Source: Tubiluchus corallicola (taxonomy: Eukaryota > Animalia > Priapulida). From it: 64,000 nucleotides of DNA. The notes under the pieces were generated by a model. That model was not told the origin of the DNA, searched no databases, and saw nothing but the letters and a program-made list of their open reading frames with translations. How positions within the stretch are numbered: position 1 is the stretch's first letter; each line of letters opens with the position of its first letter. Below are positions 25,750 to 38,900 of this stretch, piece by piece. The position numbers and the translations under genes were made by a program. Where the stretch lies: positions 1 through 64,000 of the forward strand of contig JAQGDQ010000060.1 in assembly GCA_030141605.1 (NCBI GenBank), given 5' to 3'.

Positions 25750-26809
25750 AGCACTGAGTGGAAACAGTTTCTGGTGAAGCTGACAAAGATGGCTTGCCAG
25801 TTCTCAGCTAACAACAATCTACATAATTATACAAAATATTTAATGTCTAAATAACATAGATCTGCACAGCAAATAACAGAAATTGGAAACGGATTCCTTT
25901 ACAAAAATGCACATCTGAAAGAAATTTCATTATATTAGGTAATAAGTAATATCTATTAAGACTTCGTACTGTAAAAAAGCCTTTATTGTCAGTGTTACTT
26001 ACTAATTATTACAGACTTACAGTGTCCACAGCATTGGCCTATAGTAATAATGGGCTGATCTACGCAAATATCAATCTGGCTTCTGGATCTCATTTAAGTA
26101 AATGCTATTATGTGCAGCAAATGTTAGAGTGATATCACTCTAGGCACATACAGTCATCCTTGCAGTACACTAGACATTGACCGGAGTGGTCAAGACCAAA
26201 ACTACAATTTTCAAGATCAAGACTAAGCAAGACCAATACAAGACCATTTACGATCAAGATAATACCAAGGCCAAGACCTACTAATGCGGTACCTACTACC
26301 GTTCGAGACCAAGATCAATTCTTGGAGTCGGACATAACATTCTGCTGCCAAGTGCTTCAGTCCTTAGCTACTCTCTAGGATGAAGTATCTTAGATGTTCC
26401 ATTGATATGTTTTTGAGTGAAAACAATCCATGTAACCTGCCACTCTTAGTTGCCTTGATAGTCGAACTGATTCATGAAATGCTGTAATAAGTGAACTATC
26501 TTCTGGTAACCTTAGCGCATTGTTATGTATTAATGCGCCAGTTCGCATGGTCAATCAAGTAGTTCGGCAACACACATAATGGGTTTGTGATCTGTAATTA
26601 TTTCCACAAGGTAAAAATCCATGAATATCATTATAAATGAGGTATGACATTTAAGACCTTCTGCGTGGTGTGTTTGTCTTGGTCCATTTTTCTTAATTGA
26701 TTTTATCGTGCAAATTTTTCTTGCTTATAACTTTTGGCCATTTTACTTTCAGTAATGATCTGTATAAACGTGTTTGAAAGTATCAACCTCAATTAATTTT
26801 GATAATTTA

Positions 26810-27209
26810 CTTTCAAGGACCTCAGTTCTGAATTGTATAGATAGATGCCACGAAAGTATCGAAGATCCTAACTTTGCAGTTTAAGCTGATACTTTTGTTA
26901 CCGAGTCCATCAGAAACAAAAATTTAACAAATAATTAACCTGATATTTTGGTTACTGAAGACATTTATAAATTGTATCATATATATATATATATATAACA
27001 TGTATATACATAATTCTTATACAGTTATAGGACCTTGATAGTATGAAAATTTTTTGAAATGTATATACATAATTTACTACAATACCTATGAAAAAAAATT
27101 TGAAATGTCTTCAGTAACAAAAATATCTGCTTAAACTGCAAATTTAGGATCCTCAACAGTTTCCTATCATTTATTTTTCTATATAATTCAGAACTGAGGT
27201 CCTTGAAAG
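26810..27209. mobile_element. Foldback / long-TIR palindromic element
   Basis: CTTTCAAGGACCTCAGTTCTGAATT ... AATTCAGAACTGAGGTCCTTGAAAG; inverted similarity continues for >80 bp around a (TA)n centre. Confidence 0.75.
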
Positions 27210-27219
27210 CGTTCTTACC

Positions 27220-28129
27220 TGTTGGGAGCCGAGTGGACCACTGCGCCAAGTAGACCAATTGGTCTACTTGGGCTAGCCCAAGTAGACCGCGGTCTAGTTG
27301 GGCTGCCCAAGTAGGACACTAGAGACAGGTCGCGAATTGAGTCGTTAAGTGTACTGACACCGTCCGTTGTGCTTGTTTATGTAATAATAATAATTAAAAA
27401 CGTTAGTACACGTTGAATAATTTATTATACATCTAATAAAATAAAAGAATTTTATTCTGAGCTGGTAGAAGCACCGCGAGGAGGTCGAGAGGTTGGACTT
27501 AATTAGCTCACCAAAAATTTTTTTGATGGCTACCTTGCCTTTGAAGCGATCAGTTTATGCCCACTCATACATACACACAGTGATTGCTATTTCAGTTCAA
27601 AATCAATTTTCGTTTTGTTTTGAAAATATCAGTTTGTTCATAGGGCAACATCGCTATAACAAACCAATATTTTTCATCCACACTGAGGATTTGGAATTAA
27701 TGTTAGAAAAATTTATCAGCTGCAATTTTATAAACATGTTTATGCAATTCAAGTAGCAAAATATTTGACTGAATTAGCAATGCACTTTCACAGAATGCAA
27801 TACAAAATAAAAATAAATATGACTATGGAAACAATAATAAATACGAGCAAAGTAAATAACAGGCTAAGCTACAACAATATTACAAAATAACATTTTGGTT
27901 GGGACTCAAAAAAGTTATTACTAGTAACACAATAAACCAAAACTTGACAAAAGGCAAAACTTGACAAAAGTTAAAAAACACTGGAATATTCTCACAGTCT
28001 ACAGCTAAACAATCCAACATGTAACACCTACATTTATCGCTAGTGTCCTACTTGGGCTGCCCATGTAGGGCACTACTTTTAGCGCATCAAGTGGTCTACT
28101 TGGCGCAGTGGTCCACTCGGCTCCCAACA
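27220..28129. mobile_element. Non-autonomous DNA transposon with TGT...ACA 38-bp TIRs and 5-bp TSD (Ginger-like)
   Basis: TIR TGTTGGGAGCCGAGTGGACCACTGCGCCAAGTAGACCA is perfect at both ends; TSD TTACC/TTACC. Confidence 0.85.
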
Positions 28130-29901
28130 TTACCTTCTTTTGGTCCTTATGCACGATACAAGATATCTTTGTTGTTTACTAACACTTTCAAAATACCATG
28201 GTCACAGCATACATGGGTCTGGCCAAAGATCCGTGGCGCAGCGTTTTCAAAGTCTGTTGGGCCTGCCATAGTGCTGTCAAGTTGTTTAACGCACTCGTCA
28301 ACATAAGCCCTATACCTATCCTAATGCCACAACAAGAAAAACGGAACTAACAGCTTTAAAGAGTGTGGACCTTAATTTAGCATCCGTTTTTCTTTTTTGT
28401 TTAGTAACAATAATAATAATTCATTAAATATTAAAATAATAAATAATAACAAATTAATTGAGGTTTAATTTTACATTAATTTTAACAATATAATTATTAC
28501 TACTTTAATTAACACTTGAATGCCATTCTCCATAGCTAATCATTTTTAATAATTATTAGAAACTTATTTATTGATTCATTTGTTATATAATGGAATTTTG
28601 TTAAGCACAATTATGTTTAATTAAAAAAAAAGACTTCCCATCTGCATTTTAGCTCCTGTGAGATATATGTCACCAGGAAGATATCTACTTCTTAGTCAAA
28701 CATTTTTTTCTCTGCACTCTGCAGTACGTGCTAGGCTGGTGAGCCATTAATTAATTTACCTCCTTTGACTGTAGGTAATTACTGTACATGTGTTGCTGTT
28801 TAATTAATGCTGCTGAGCATTTACCCCATAATTGTATAACAGCATAAACTATATAGAATTATGCTGCAGAGCTTATTTTTAGTGTTTTCAGGCTATATCT
28901 GTTTGTACCCACTGTTTTACATCATATGACTGTGCATAAATTGTGCCTGATGTACATAATTTATTATAATTCCTATGACAGGATGTTTTTTCAAGCCAAA
29001 TGTACTTTTACATAATTTTTTAATCATATAAGTGACAATATTCCAATAACTAATTTGAAGACTAATTTTCACTCAAGAATTATTTCCTCTCATTTTATTT
29101 TATTATACAATTTATTATTAGTATTAATAAACACATCATTATTGTCGCTATAATATTAATGATCTCGAGTTAGTCAATTTATTCAAATTTTGGTCAAATT
29201 TTAGTGTTTTGTATAGTGCACAAAAATATAAAACAGTGATATTTGCACAAATGCCATACACCACTTTACAAGTGTAGCCCACCCAAAAGTCTAATTTAAA
29301 TGCAAGAAAACACTTGTCATAAATAAAGCATGCAAAAATTGGTCTTAAAATTTTATAATCACCTAGAAGTTACAACTTGTCTTATTGCACAAACAGTACA
29401 TTAGTAGGAGTAACACTGTGTAAAACTTGTAAATTTAAATTACCGTTTACTTCAACCATTTTGGTAATGGTTCAACAAGTTCAGATAACACAGAAAGTTT
29501 GAAAAAATAATGGTAGAGCACACTTCACTGACTAAGCGAATGTACAAAATACTTTGTCTTGTCAATAAGATCAACAATATGTTTTTGGAGGGTCAGCGGT
29601 GCACACTGGGAACTGGGAAGGTGAGTCAATGGTGTGTATGGTTTTACCATTTCGCGTGAACCTTTTAAATTACTAAGAATTTTCTTTTCCCAAATGCGGT
29701 ACATGGGGGTTGAGCACGGGAAGCAACGCCCAACACCGTTTTGAAAGACGACAAAAAAAAAGATTTCCTGTTGGCACTTGGCAGTAATGGCAGAGTCTGC
29801 TTTTGGTCTCAATATTACTGCAGTTTAAGTAAAAGCTGTAATATTAGTGTAGTGGATTTCATTTGTGAGGAACTTTACTTTTCCCCCCAAATACGTGCAT
29901 A

Positions 29902-32900
29902 ATGTTTTCGAATAGGTGTTTTTTACCAGTGAATTTACAGCAGAAACATTTCCCATTACATTTATTTCCTAAGCAAAAAAGGATATCAAAAAGAAGAGTG
30001 CAATTTTTGTGGCAGACGTCTGTAGACGATTTAGCATCTTCTGCTTTGAATGAAGAGTCTTACAATTCAGCTAAGCCGTTCTCACAAATACCAGGACCTA
30101 AAGGTCTTCCTTATTTTGGAACAATGCTAAAATATAGACTTGGTAATTTTGTATTTCATTAGGCTTAGTGATAATAGTAATATCAAAGTTTTGTTACAAT
30201 TACATCCCCTAGAACAAACATTGCAAGTTGCTGTGTGGTTGTTAACATTTTTTAGAAATAACGTAAGTGCTTAATAGGGGTTAACAACCTCAACCAGAAA
30301 GTGATTTCGAATTGAATCGAATTTGTCACTTTCAAATTAAAATCGAACCAAATTTCAGTATTTCAACGAACAAGTTTCTGAACTCCCAGTAAAAGCTGGT
30401 CTTACCAAATTCATGCATATTACTTGATTTTGTTCTGCAGTAAAACCACTAATAATTTGTTTGTGCAGAGAAATTGCAGCTTAATTGTGTTAATTTGCAT
30501 AACGTTTCAAATGTTTTAGTGAGATAAAGAACGTATGTGGTAGAAGAGCTGAATTATTCGAATCTATAATTTTATGCTTCGAGTCGAAATATAACTACAA
30601 AAACTTGTTCGAATTTGATTCTAATGTTTGATGCTCACCCCTAGTGCGTGATATCTTCTCTCCGACTTCAATGAGGCATCTGACATTGCTAGTTTTTTTT
30701 TGCCAGTTTCTTTCTTAGACATAATTAATTAATCATGGAAACAACTATGGTTTCATCCTTAGTTAAGGTTTATATGTAACGTGAGTCCAGTTTTCGGACA
30801 CTGCAAGAAAAAAGTGGTGCATACTGAATCTGATCTTTTAAGAATAAATTAAACATGTACATTTAAATTAATATATATTTATCTATATTATGTATATTAT
30901 ATTATTTATTGTAAGAAATGTAGTTACTTGCAAGACAAAATTTAATAAGACTTGGCTCATATTGGAAAACTTAGGACATTTGATCCTAACATTAGCATTT
31001 GTTGTGATGGCTCTTTACTTTTTTTCTGATAACACTTCCTTGCAACACTATTAACAACATCACATCTCCATCATTTCTGAACTTCGTTCTCTATGTAGGC
31101 TATTTTCACAAAAAATTTCAAGTCCAGCATCAATACCATATTTTTAAAATCTTACATAACATATACTATGTGACAGGATTATATAATATTGAGTTGCTCG
31201 TAAATTATTTAGGGTCTACACCAATTTCGAAGTACCACGATATGCTGATTAAAAATCATAAGCGGTTTGGGAAGATATGGAGAGAGACTATAGCTGGCAG
31301 TACAATAGTCCACCTAATGGACCCAGACTACATACGGACCATTTACGACACGGAGGGTAAAATTCCACACATTCCTCCATTACAGGAAACGACACAAAAG
31401 TATCGAAAAGATAAAGGCCTGTCACTCGGCCTGGGAAACACGTAGGTCATGTGAGCACATTTTATTAAATTTGACATTTACTTTGAATCTTATTAGAACC
31501 CAGGTAGTAGTGATGGGCGATTAATCGAATTAATCGTGATTACAACCGTGTATAAATCGATATAATCTGTGATTCGACAGTAATTCAATTCTTCTTCTTC
31601 TTGCCAGCTTTTCCCTATGCGGGGTCATTGTTGTGAATGAGTCTTCTGCACGCATTCCTGTTGTTGACCATCTCTCCATTTATGTCTTCCCTTCCCACAT
31701 GATCTTCACCGACTCTTCTTTTCAGGTGTCCATACCATCGCAATCTTGCGAGGCTTCCACTACTTTTACTGTTTCTCTGATATTATTATTTCTAATTTTA
31801 TCTCTTCTTGTTATTCCCACCATCCATCTCAACATCCTCATCTGCAGCACATCCATTTTCTTCTCTTTGGTCTTCTATAGAGCAGCTGCTTCCAGCCCAT
31901 AGATTAGAGCAGGTCTGACCACTTCTTTGTGGACTTTACCTTTAAGTCTCACCGAGGCGGATGCCCTTCCTGACCCTAACCCTCCCTATTTATCTGGGCT
32001 TGGGACCGGCATTGAGTTGGGCTGGCTTGCCCCCCCCCAACCCAGTGGCTAGGCTGAACAGTAATTCAATTAATCGAGATTAATTGAGAGCAAAGCATAC
32101 GTGTTACACACTGAGTAAAAAGTACTGTTTCGGCACAGAAAAATGGAATCCTCACATTTTTCTTTGCTTTTCTTATACAAATTTCAAACCAGTGTGTTGC
32201 AAATTGGGGGCTTCAAGTTCGTTGGCGCATGACGCATGTAGTGACATAGTCACAGAGTAGTTAATGAAAAAGCGTGCATGTATTTGCGAGTACGAAAATG
32301 GCAGACAGCAATAAAAGGCGTGAAAACGTTTGTATGCTCACTCGTTGCAATCATTGAAAATATGGCTAAAATTCTGAAAAATCGCCACAAAGGATTAATT
32401 GTGAAATAGAATTACAAGAACAAAATTATAATTGAATTGATAAATTTCAAAATTGTCCATCAGTACCAGATAGCCGTTCTAACTCAGTCATTGTTCAACT
32501 AACGGTGTTGGTAAGGTTACGGTCTTGCCACCGCTGTCCAGCCTTAACAGTCCTACCATTGAATGCAGTATTTCAGTCAGTAAAAGATTGTATTAAAAAG
32601 AAATTAGGCTTTGCTGTAGTTTCAAATTGTTTCTGTGTTATAGTATACAATTTACTATAATACAATTTCTTCAATTTTCTTTTCTTTGTATTAATGAAAT
32701 AATTTCTTAGGTGAATTGCCATTCAAATCTGTTAACTATTAACCCATCTTGCTGCATTTACTACTTAAATTAGTAATTGACAATATGTTACTAAAATTGA
32801 ATCATTTGTTTCTGGCATTGCAAAGTAATTGTATTAGATATGCGTAATAGTATATAACCAATTTTCACTAGTTTTTACATACGCTAACTATCCTAGTACA

Positions 32901-35900
32901 CTTTGTTCATTAATGGTTGAAACTATATTTGCTGTAGAAATGGTGATGAGTGGTACAAGTTGCGGAGCGCTGTTCAACAAATGATGATGAGACCGAAGAA
33001 AGTGCAAGATTTTCTGCCATTGGTGCAAGATGTCGCCACCGATTTCGTCCTCAAAGTCAAGGCAAACCGTGACAACAGGGCTGAAATGCCAAATTTTGCT
33101 AACGAGCTGGCAAAGTGGAATATGGAGTGTAAGATTTGATTTTGCAAATTAAATGGTTGATTTGTGTAATTTATTCTGATTTATAATTAGCCGCATAATG
33201 TAGTTATTTGTGTACTTTACAACTGTGAATCATTCATGTTGTTTAGTAAATGAGTGACCTAGTTCACTTTGAGATGCTATACAATGGAAACCATAATGCT
33301 TATGCTTCTCATGCTGTCAGTATCTTGTAAATGTGTTTTGTAAATGAATGACCTAGTTCACTTTGAGATGCTATACAATGGAAACATTATGCTTATGCTT
33401 CTCGTGTTGTCAGTATCCTGTAAATGTGTTTTGTAAATGAGTGACCTAGTTCACTTTGAGATGCTATACAATGGAAACATTATACTTGTATATGAATGAA
33501 TGCTTTTGTATATTTAGCTGCTGGAGTCGTTGTGCTGTACAAGCGTCTAGGATTTCTTTCTGCTCAGCCAAATTCTTTGCCGGACAAGATGGTTGAAGCA
33601 AATCATAAAATTTTCCAGCTTTCTTGCGACTTGAAATTCTCGATTCCGTTCTTCCGCTGGTTTCCGACGCCAAAGTGGAAACAGCTGGTAGAAGCTGAAG
33701 ATTTCTTTGTTGGGTAAATTACTTTCACTCCTTTTAATTACTAAACACAGAAAAAAGTTTCAGATTTTTATACCCAAAAATCAAATTTAATTCTCTGAGT
33801 TCAACCTCTTCAGTTTTCTCTTTTTTGATTTGATGAAATGATTCCTTAGGTCAATCGTTATTAAAATCTGTTAACTATTAGCCGTTATACTTACTATGTA
33901 GATTAGTAATTGATAACACATTTGCAAAAATCGATCACTTTTTGGCCTTGCAAAGTAATTCTGAGATTTGTAATAGTATAACCAATTTTCACTAGTTTAA
34001 CGTACAGTAAGTTGAAGGTTTTTTTGGCATTTTTTGAAAAAAAATTTTTTTAGCGTTTCTTGGTAAATGGTGCTTACTAGAAGGAGACTGCTAGCAATGT
34101 ACAGGATACAACATGTTTATGCCGTAATTCGTTTTTCAAACTCTGAAAGAAAAATCTTTTAAGATAAAGGTTTAACTTGTCAAACTACAGTCAACATCGG
34201 ATATAAGGGACGCCTCCCTTCCCTTACATCCGATGTCCCTTATAGCGGAAGTTGAGTCAGACCAAGGGTGTATCTGCACTTTTTTGTATTTTTACCCACA
34301 TTTTTCTGGATTGTTGCTACACATTCAGTGCAAACGGTATGTAGGAAGCTCCTTCAGTGATGCGAGATGTATGCGACTGCGGAAGCCAATCCGAGTACCT
34401 TATATACGAAAATTTTTACACAGAAAAAATGTTACGAAAAATCGGGACCGGTGTTGGTGGTCCCTTATAAGTGAGTACCTTATACCCGAGGTTTACTGCA
34501 TTTCAAATTGTTCAGTGCTCAATTATCAAGTTTGCTGAAGCACAAACATAGTTCTAAGGAAATGGCGGATCAACGATCAAACTATTATATCTGGCAGTTT
34601 CTAAATGCATGTGGCTACAACTGGTTTTGCATTTGGGTTACGTTTTATCTTGTACTGGGCAAAACTGGTGAAAACTCTAATTCTTCAACGTGAATTGAAA
34701 AGATTGAATGTACAATCAAAATGTGTTTCCCTTTTCATTTATAATAGAGTCGAATGTCTTTCAACTTCTCATCTTCAATTTTTTTATTAAAACATTCTCA
34801 ATCTCAAATGATAGATAGATATTGTTTTTATTATTATTATGAATTAATGAATTATGAATTATTATTTTATTCGGGTAATAAACAAATAACATTTACATAC
34901 AATACAGACAGTGATCAAAATGAAAAACAAATTCATTAAATGCAGTTACCCTTTATTTGCAGACACATAGATAGGTAGGTAGGTAGGTAGACAGATAGGT
35001 AGGTAGGTAGGAAGACAGATAGGTAGGTAGGTAGGTAGGTACACAGGCAGGCAGGCAGGCAGGTAGATAGGTAGGTAGACAGATAGGTAGGTGGATGGGT
35101 GTCTGTATGGGTGGGTAGGTAGGTAGTTAGGTAGGCAGGCAGGCAGGTAGATAGACAGATAGATACACAGACAGACATATAGAAAAAATCTTTATTTGCT
35201 AATTAAAAACTTAGTAAAATTGCAGAAGCTTGTAAGTTAATAATAAAACTATAATAATAATAATAATAGTGTAGCATGAGCGTAAATTTCGAAGTTCCTT
35301 GCTGCCTGCGGTTGATCCTATCATCTTAACTTTGTTCAAAAGTTAGAAAGATTTTTTTATTCATCAATCCTTGAATTTTTCCCTAAAATAATATAAATAG
35401 TTTGCAGTTTTTGTTTCTTTGTGTTTGTACTCTTGTACTTTTTTCTACAGGCACACGTACAAGTTTATAGACGAAGCCATACAAGACACGAAGCGTCTAG
35501 TAGAAAAGGGGGAGCTCTCAGATGACCAGTATGGCTTCATGTCGTATCTGTTGTCTCGACCGGAACTGAGTGAAAAGGACGTTGCCATCATTTCGTTTTC
35601 TCTGTTTGCTGATGGTTTGGGCACCGTAAGTGTTTACTTTTGCTTTGGTTTGGATTACTGGCGAACCTGTTGATGATTCTCTCTATACTTGTTGTTCTTT
35701 CTATTATTCACACTGTTACCTCAAGCCCACTGGCACGAACAAGCTTACTTCCTCAGTTTAAGGGTGTTACAAGGATCTATTTGTCACATTGTTGGTTGTG
35801 GCAGGACGAGAACATTGCTTTTTATCAAGATACCTTAAGATGAGATATTTAACTGGCGGCCATGTTTTAAGGACATCTAGTTGCAAATTCATCGTTCCTT

Positions 35901-38900
35901 CAACGTGACAAATTGCCAGCGACATTATGTCATTCAGCAGCCACCTATCCATTTATGAACCGACCTTAATGGTTCTTAATTTGATTATTCTCTATTGCGG
36001 ATCACAATTTATCTCGTTTGAAAATATATTTAGTATTCACATTAATCTGGCACAAAGCGCAGCAGTTTTATCTTTTGAACAACTAATGCAACTGAATCAT
36101 GGAAACTGTATATGTGTGTATAATGAGCTGCTAAGACGGTCAAAGTAGGTGTAATAGTATAAAAGTGTTGGCCTATCTTTGCAGCTCAAAGAAAAATATT
36201 GTAGATGACGACGTATGGTTTAAAATTAATCACCGTATTGAATTTGAATATGAGATGAGAAGACTAGGTAGATAATTAAAACCGATTGGAACAAAATATG
36301 GTTAAAATTATGCTGTCAAGTGGAGTTGCTTCCTTATAGGATGACTTAAAGCAGAAGTGGACCCACTGTAGGTCAAAACAATTTACTCTTTAAGATATTG
36401 AAAGGAAACATACTTTTTTTTCAAAAATTACTTACGTGAAAGAATTATTACCACGCAAACATCATTTCGTGTTCCTGCCACTAGTTCTTCACTGTTACAT
36501 GCATTGCACCATTTGTTAGTTAGATGGGCACTAGTGTCTGCATGTCCGAAACGCAATGCGCAAAAAGCAGGTGCTGTACTGCTCATTTCAGTTTGTGATG
36601 AACTACGCACATTAGACATTTCATGCGTGAGCACAGCAGTAAATTTGAAGTTTGAATTTTTATCTTAAAACTTTAGTTAGCCTAGTTTTATTACATCACA
36701 CTGTATATCTTACAGTACCACTGTACTTGCTGTTGAAAATTATGTTAGTTTGTGATGTCACCAATAGTTGTGCTTGCCCGCCGTTACTTAAGTTTTTAAT
36801 CTATTATTTAATTATCAGAAACGTTTTTGCAGTATTAATTGTGTTAACATGTATATTTTTATCGGATTTGAAAATAGGGTAGTATATGAAAAATCATCCC
36901 GTCTTCAATTGTTTGTATTTCAGGTAACAATTTATACATTTTGTGAAAATAACTAGACCTATTAATGTGAATTACAGTAGCAAAATTTTTTGTACTCACC
37001 AATACAGTGTGAGAAACGGTGAATATTTTATGTTGCTTTTCCACTGTAGACTGTGCCTGTTCTTATGGGAAACCTATACTGCTTGGCAGCTAATCCCGGC
37101 ATACAGGAGAAAGTTTACCAGGAAGTTAAACAAGTGATTCCTAAAGACGGACCAATCACCACAGAACACTTAGGAAAGCTCACCTACTTGAAAGCATTTG
37201 TCAAAGAGGCATTCAGGTAATGTGATCATTATTATCATCACTTCATCATTATCAGCACTTCATCATTATTCACTAGTTATTGTTTGTCCACAATTTCAGG
37301 CACGGGGTGGTAAAATTGTTTGAAGAACAGCGAGAAGTATGTAATGTAGTGGAATTAATGAATCAGAAATCTGTAGAAGAGGACATAAATGTAGGAACAT
37401 TATTGGATTTAATGTAACACATTTGAGTGTTTTGCTAAATGTGGATAATTTAGATATTTCTCATTTTAAGAAACTGAATTTACATATTTTCATGGAGCAT
37501 CATATTACTAATTTAATAAAAAGCATTAACACATAAATATATGTATATATGTGTGTGTGTGCGTGTGTGTGGATGCGCCCAGTCCAGGCAAAGAAACGGC
37601 AAAAATCAGTATTGAACTGCGCGATAAACCTGCAATTTCTTAAAATAACAGATCACAAAAAGTGCTTAAGAACATGCTAAAGGTTATTACTATTTAGACA
37701 AATAAAAAATTAGATTTAAGAAGACTGAAACACAAATGATTACTTCATGATTCTTGAGATTTTTTGTAAAAATACGGAAAAAAACAAATAATTATAGAAT
37801 GCTAGATTAAATTACTTGACACCAACAATATATATATATATATATTTAGAAAAGCTTGAAAAGCTAGAATATAGCAAGAATATATTGTCTATGTTAATAT
37901 GACAAAAGAATGTTTTCATGGGATGTGTTTATAGCCACTGTACCTTCACAGAAAGGTAGGAATAAGAAAACCGTGCTTTTACGTGTTTGTAAATGCTGAA
38001 TCTGCAAATTTTTTACTGTTTTATAAGTATCCTTTTTAACTAAAAATCCAAATTGTATTAAGAAATTAAATTGTTACAAAAATAACTTTAGTTCTATATC
38101 TATAATGACTACGTCCCGTAGTGGCTGAGATTGCATTCGAATTTAATGTTGTGTCGGTACATATTGGGGGTAAATTGTAAATCTGTAAAGCACACTGTAA
38201 GAGGAGAATTAGGACAGCACCCCCTAGGATCGATATCATGTGTAGAGTAATAAGTCATTGGCTGCACACAATTAACCTACCTGAAACATCACTGACCAAA
38301 GTAATCTGTAGAGTGTCATTACATCAAATCCATAGAAAAATAAACAGTTGAACCATATTTGTTAGCGGCACTCTAAACTGCTCAGGAATCGGTCATATCT
38401 GGGACAATAAATCTACACTGAGTAGAAAATGCTTATTAAAAAAACCTAAAACTAAATTAGAAAATATTTGTGCCGCTAACTGGAAACAAGACAAAAATTC
38501 AACTATTACGGATGTAAACAGGGAAAATTATAATATAAAAAGAACTTATTGTAAATTTAAGAATAATTATTATATGGAAAATTATTTATTATGTATTTAG
38601 GGAAGCAAAAATTGCATTTATTAAATTGCGCATAAGCTCACATTCTCTTGCCATAAAAACTAAATGACATCATAAGCCTAGTATCTATGATCATCAACGA
38701 GTACGTATACATTGTAATAATTTAGATACTGAAAATGAGGAACATTTGGTGTTATTTTGCAAAAAATGTGTGATATCAAATGTAAAAGTTTATTTAACTA
38801 AATTTTGAGACTATTTCCCAATTTCCCAGATATGAGCTATGATGAAAAATTTAAATTTGTCTCAGCAAATGATGATATGGAAGGTTAAATTTAATTTGTA

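Larger units (their letters stand above)
31508..32465. mobile_element. hAT MITE hosting a nested RTE-derived retroposon
   Basis: TAGTGATGGGCGA ... TTGTCCATCAGTA; TSD ccaggtag/ccagatag. An uninterrupted relative lies at 53651-54084. Confidence 0.8.
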
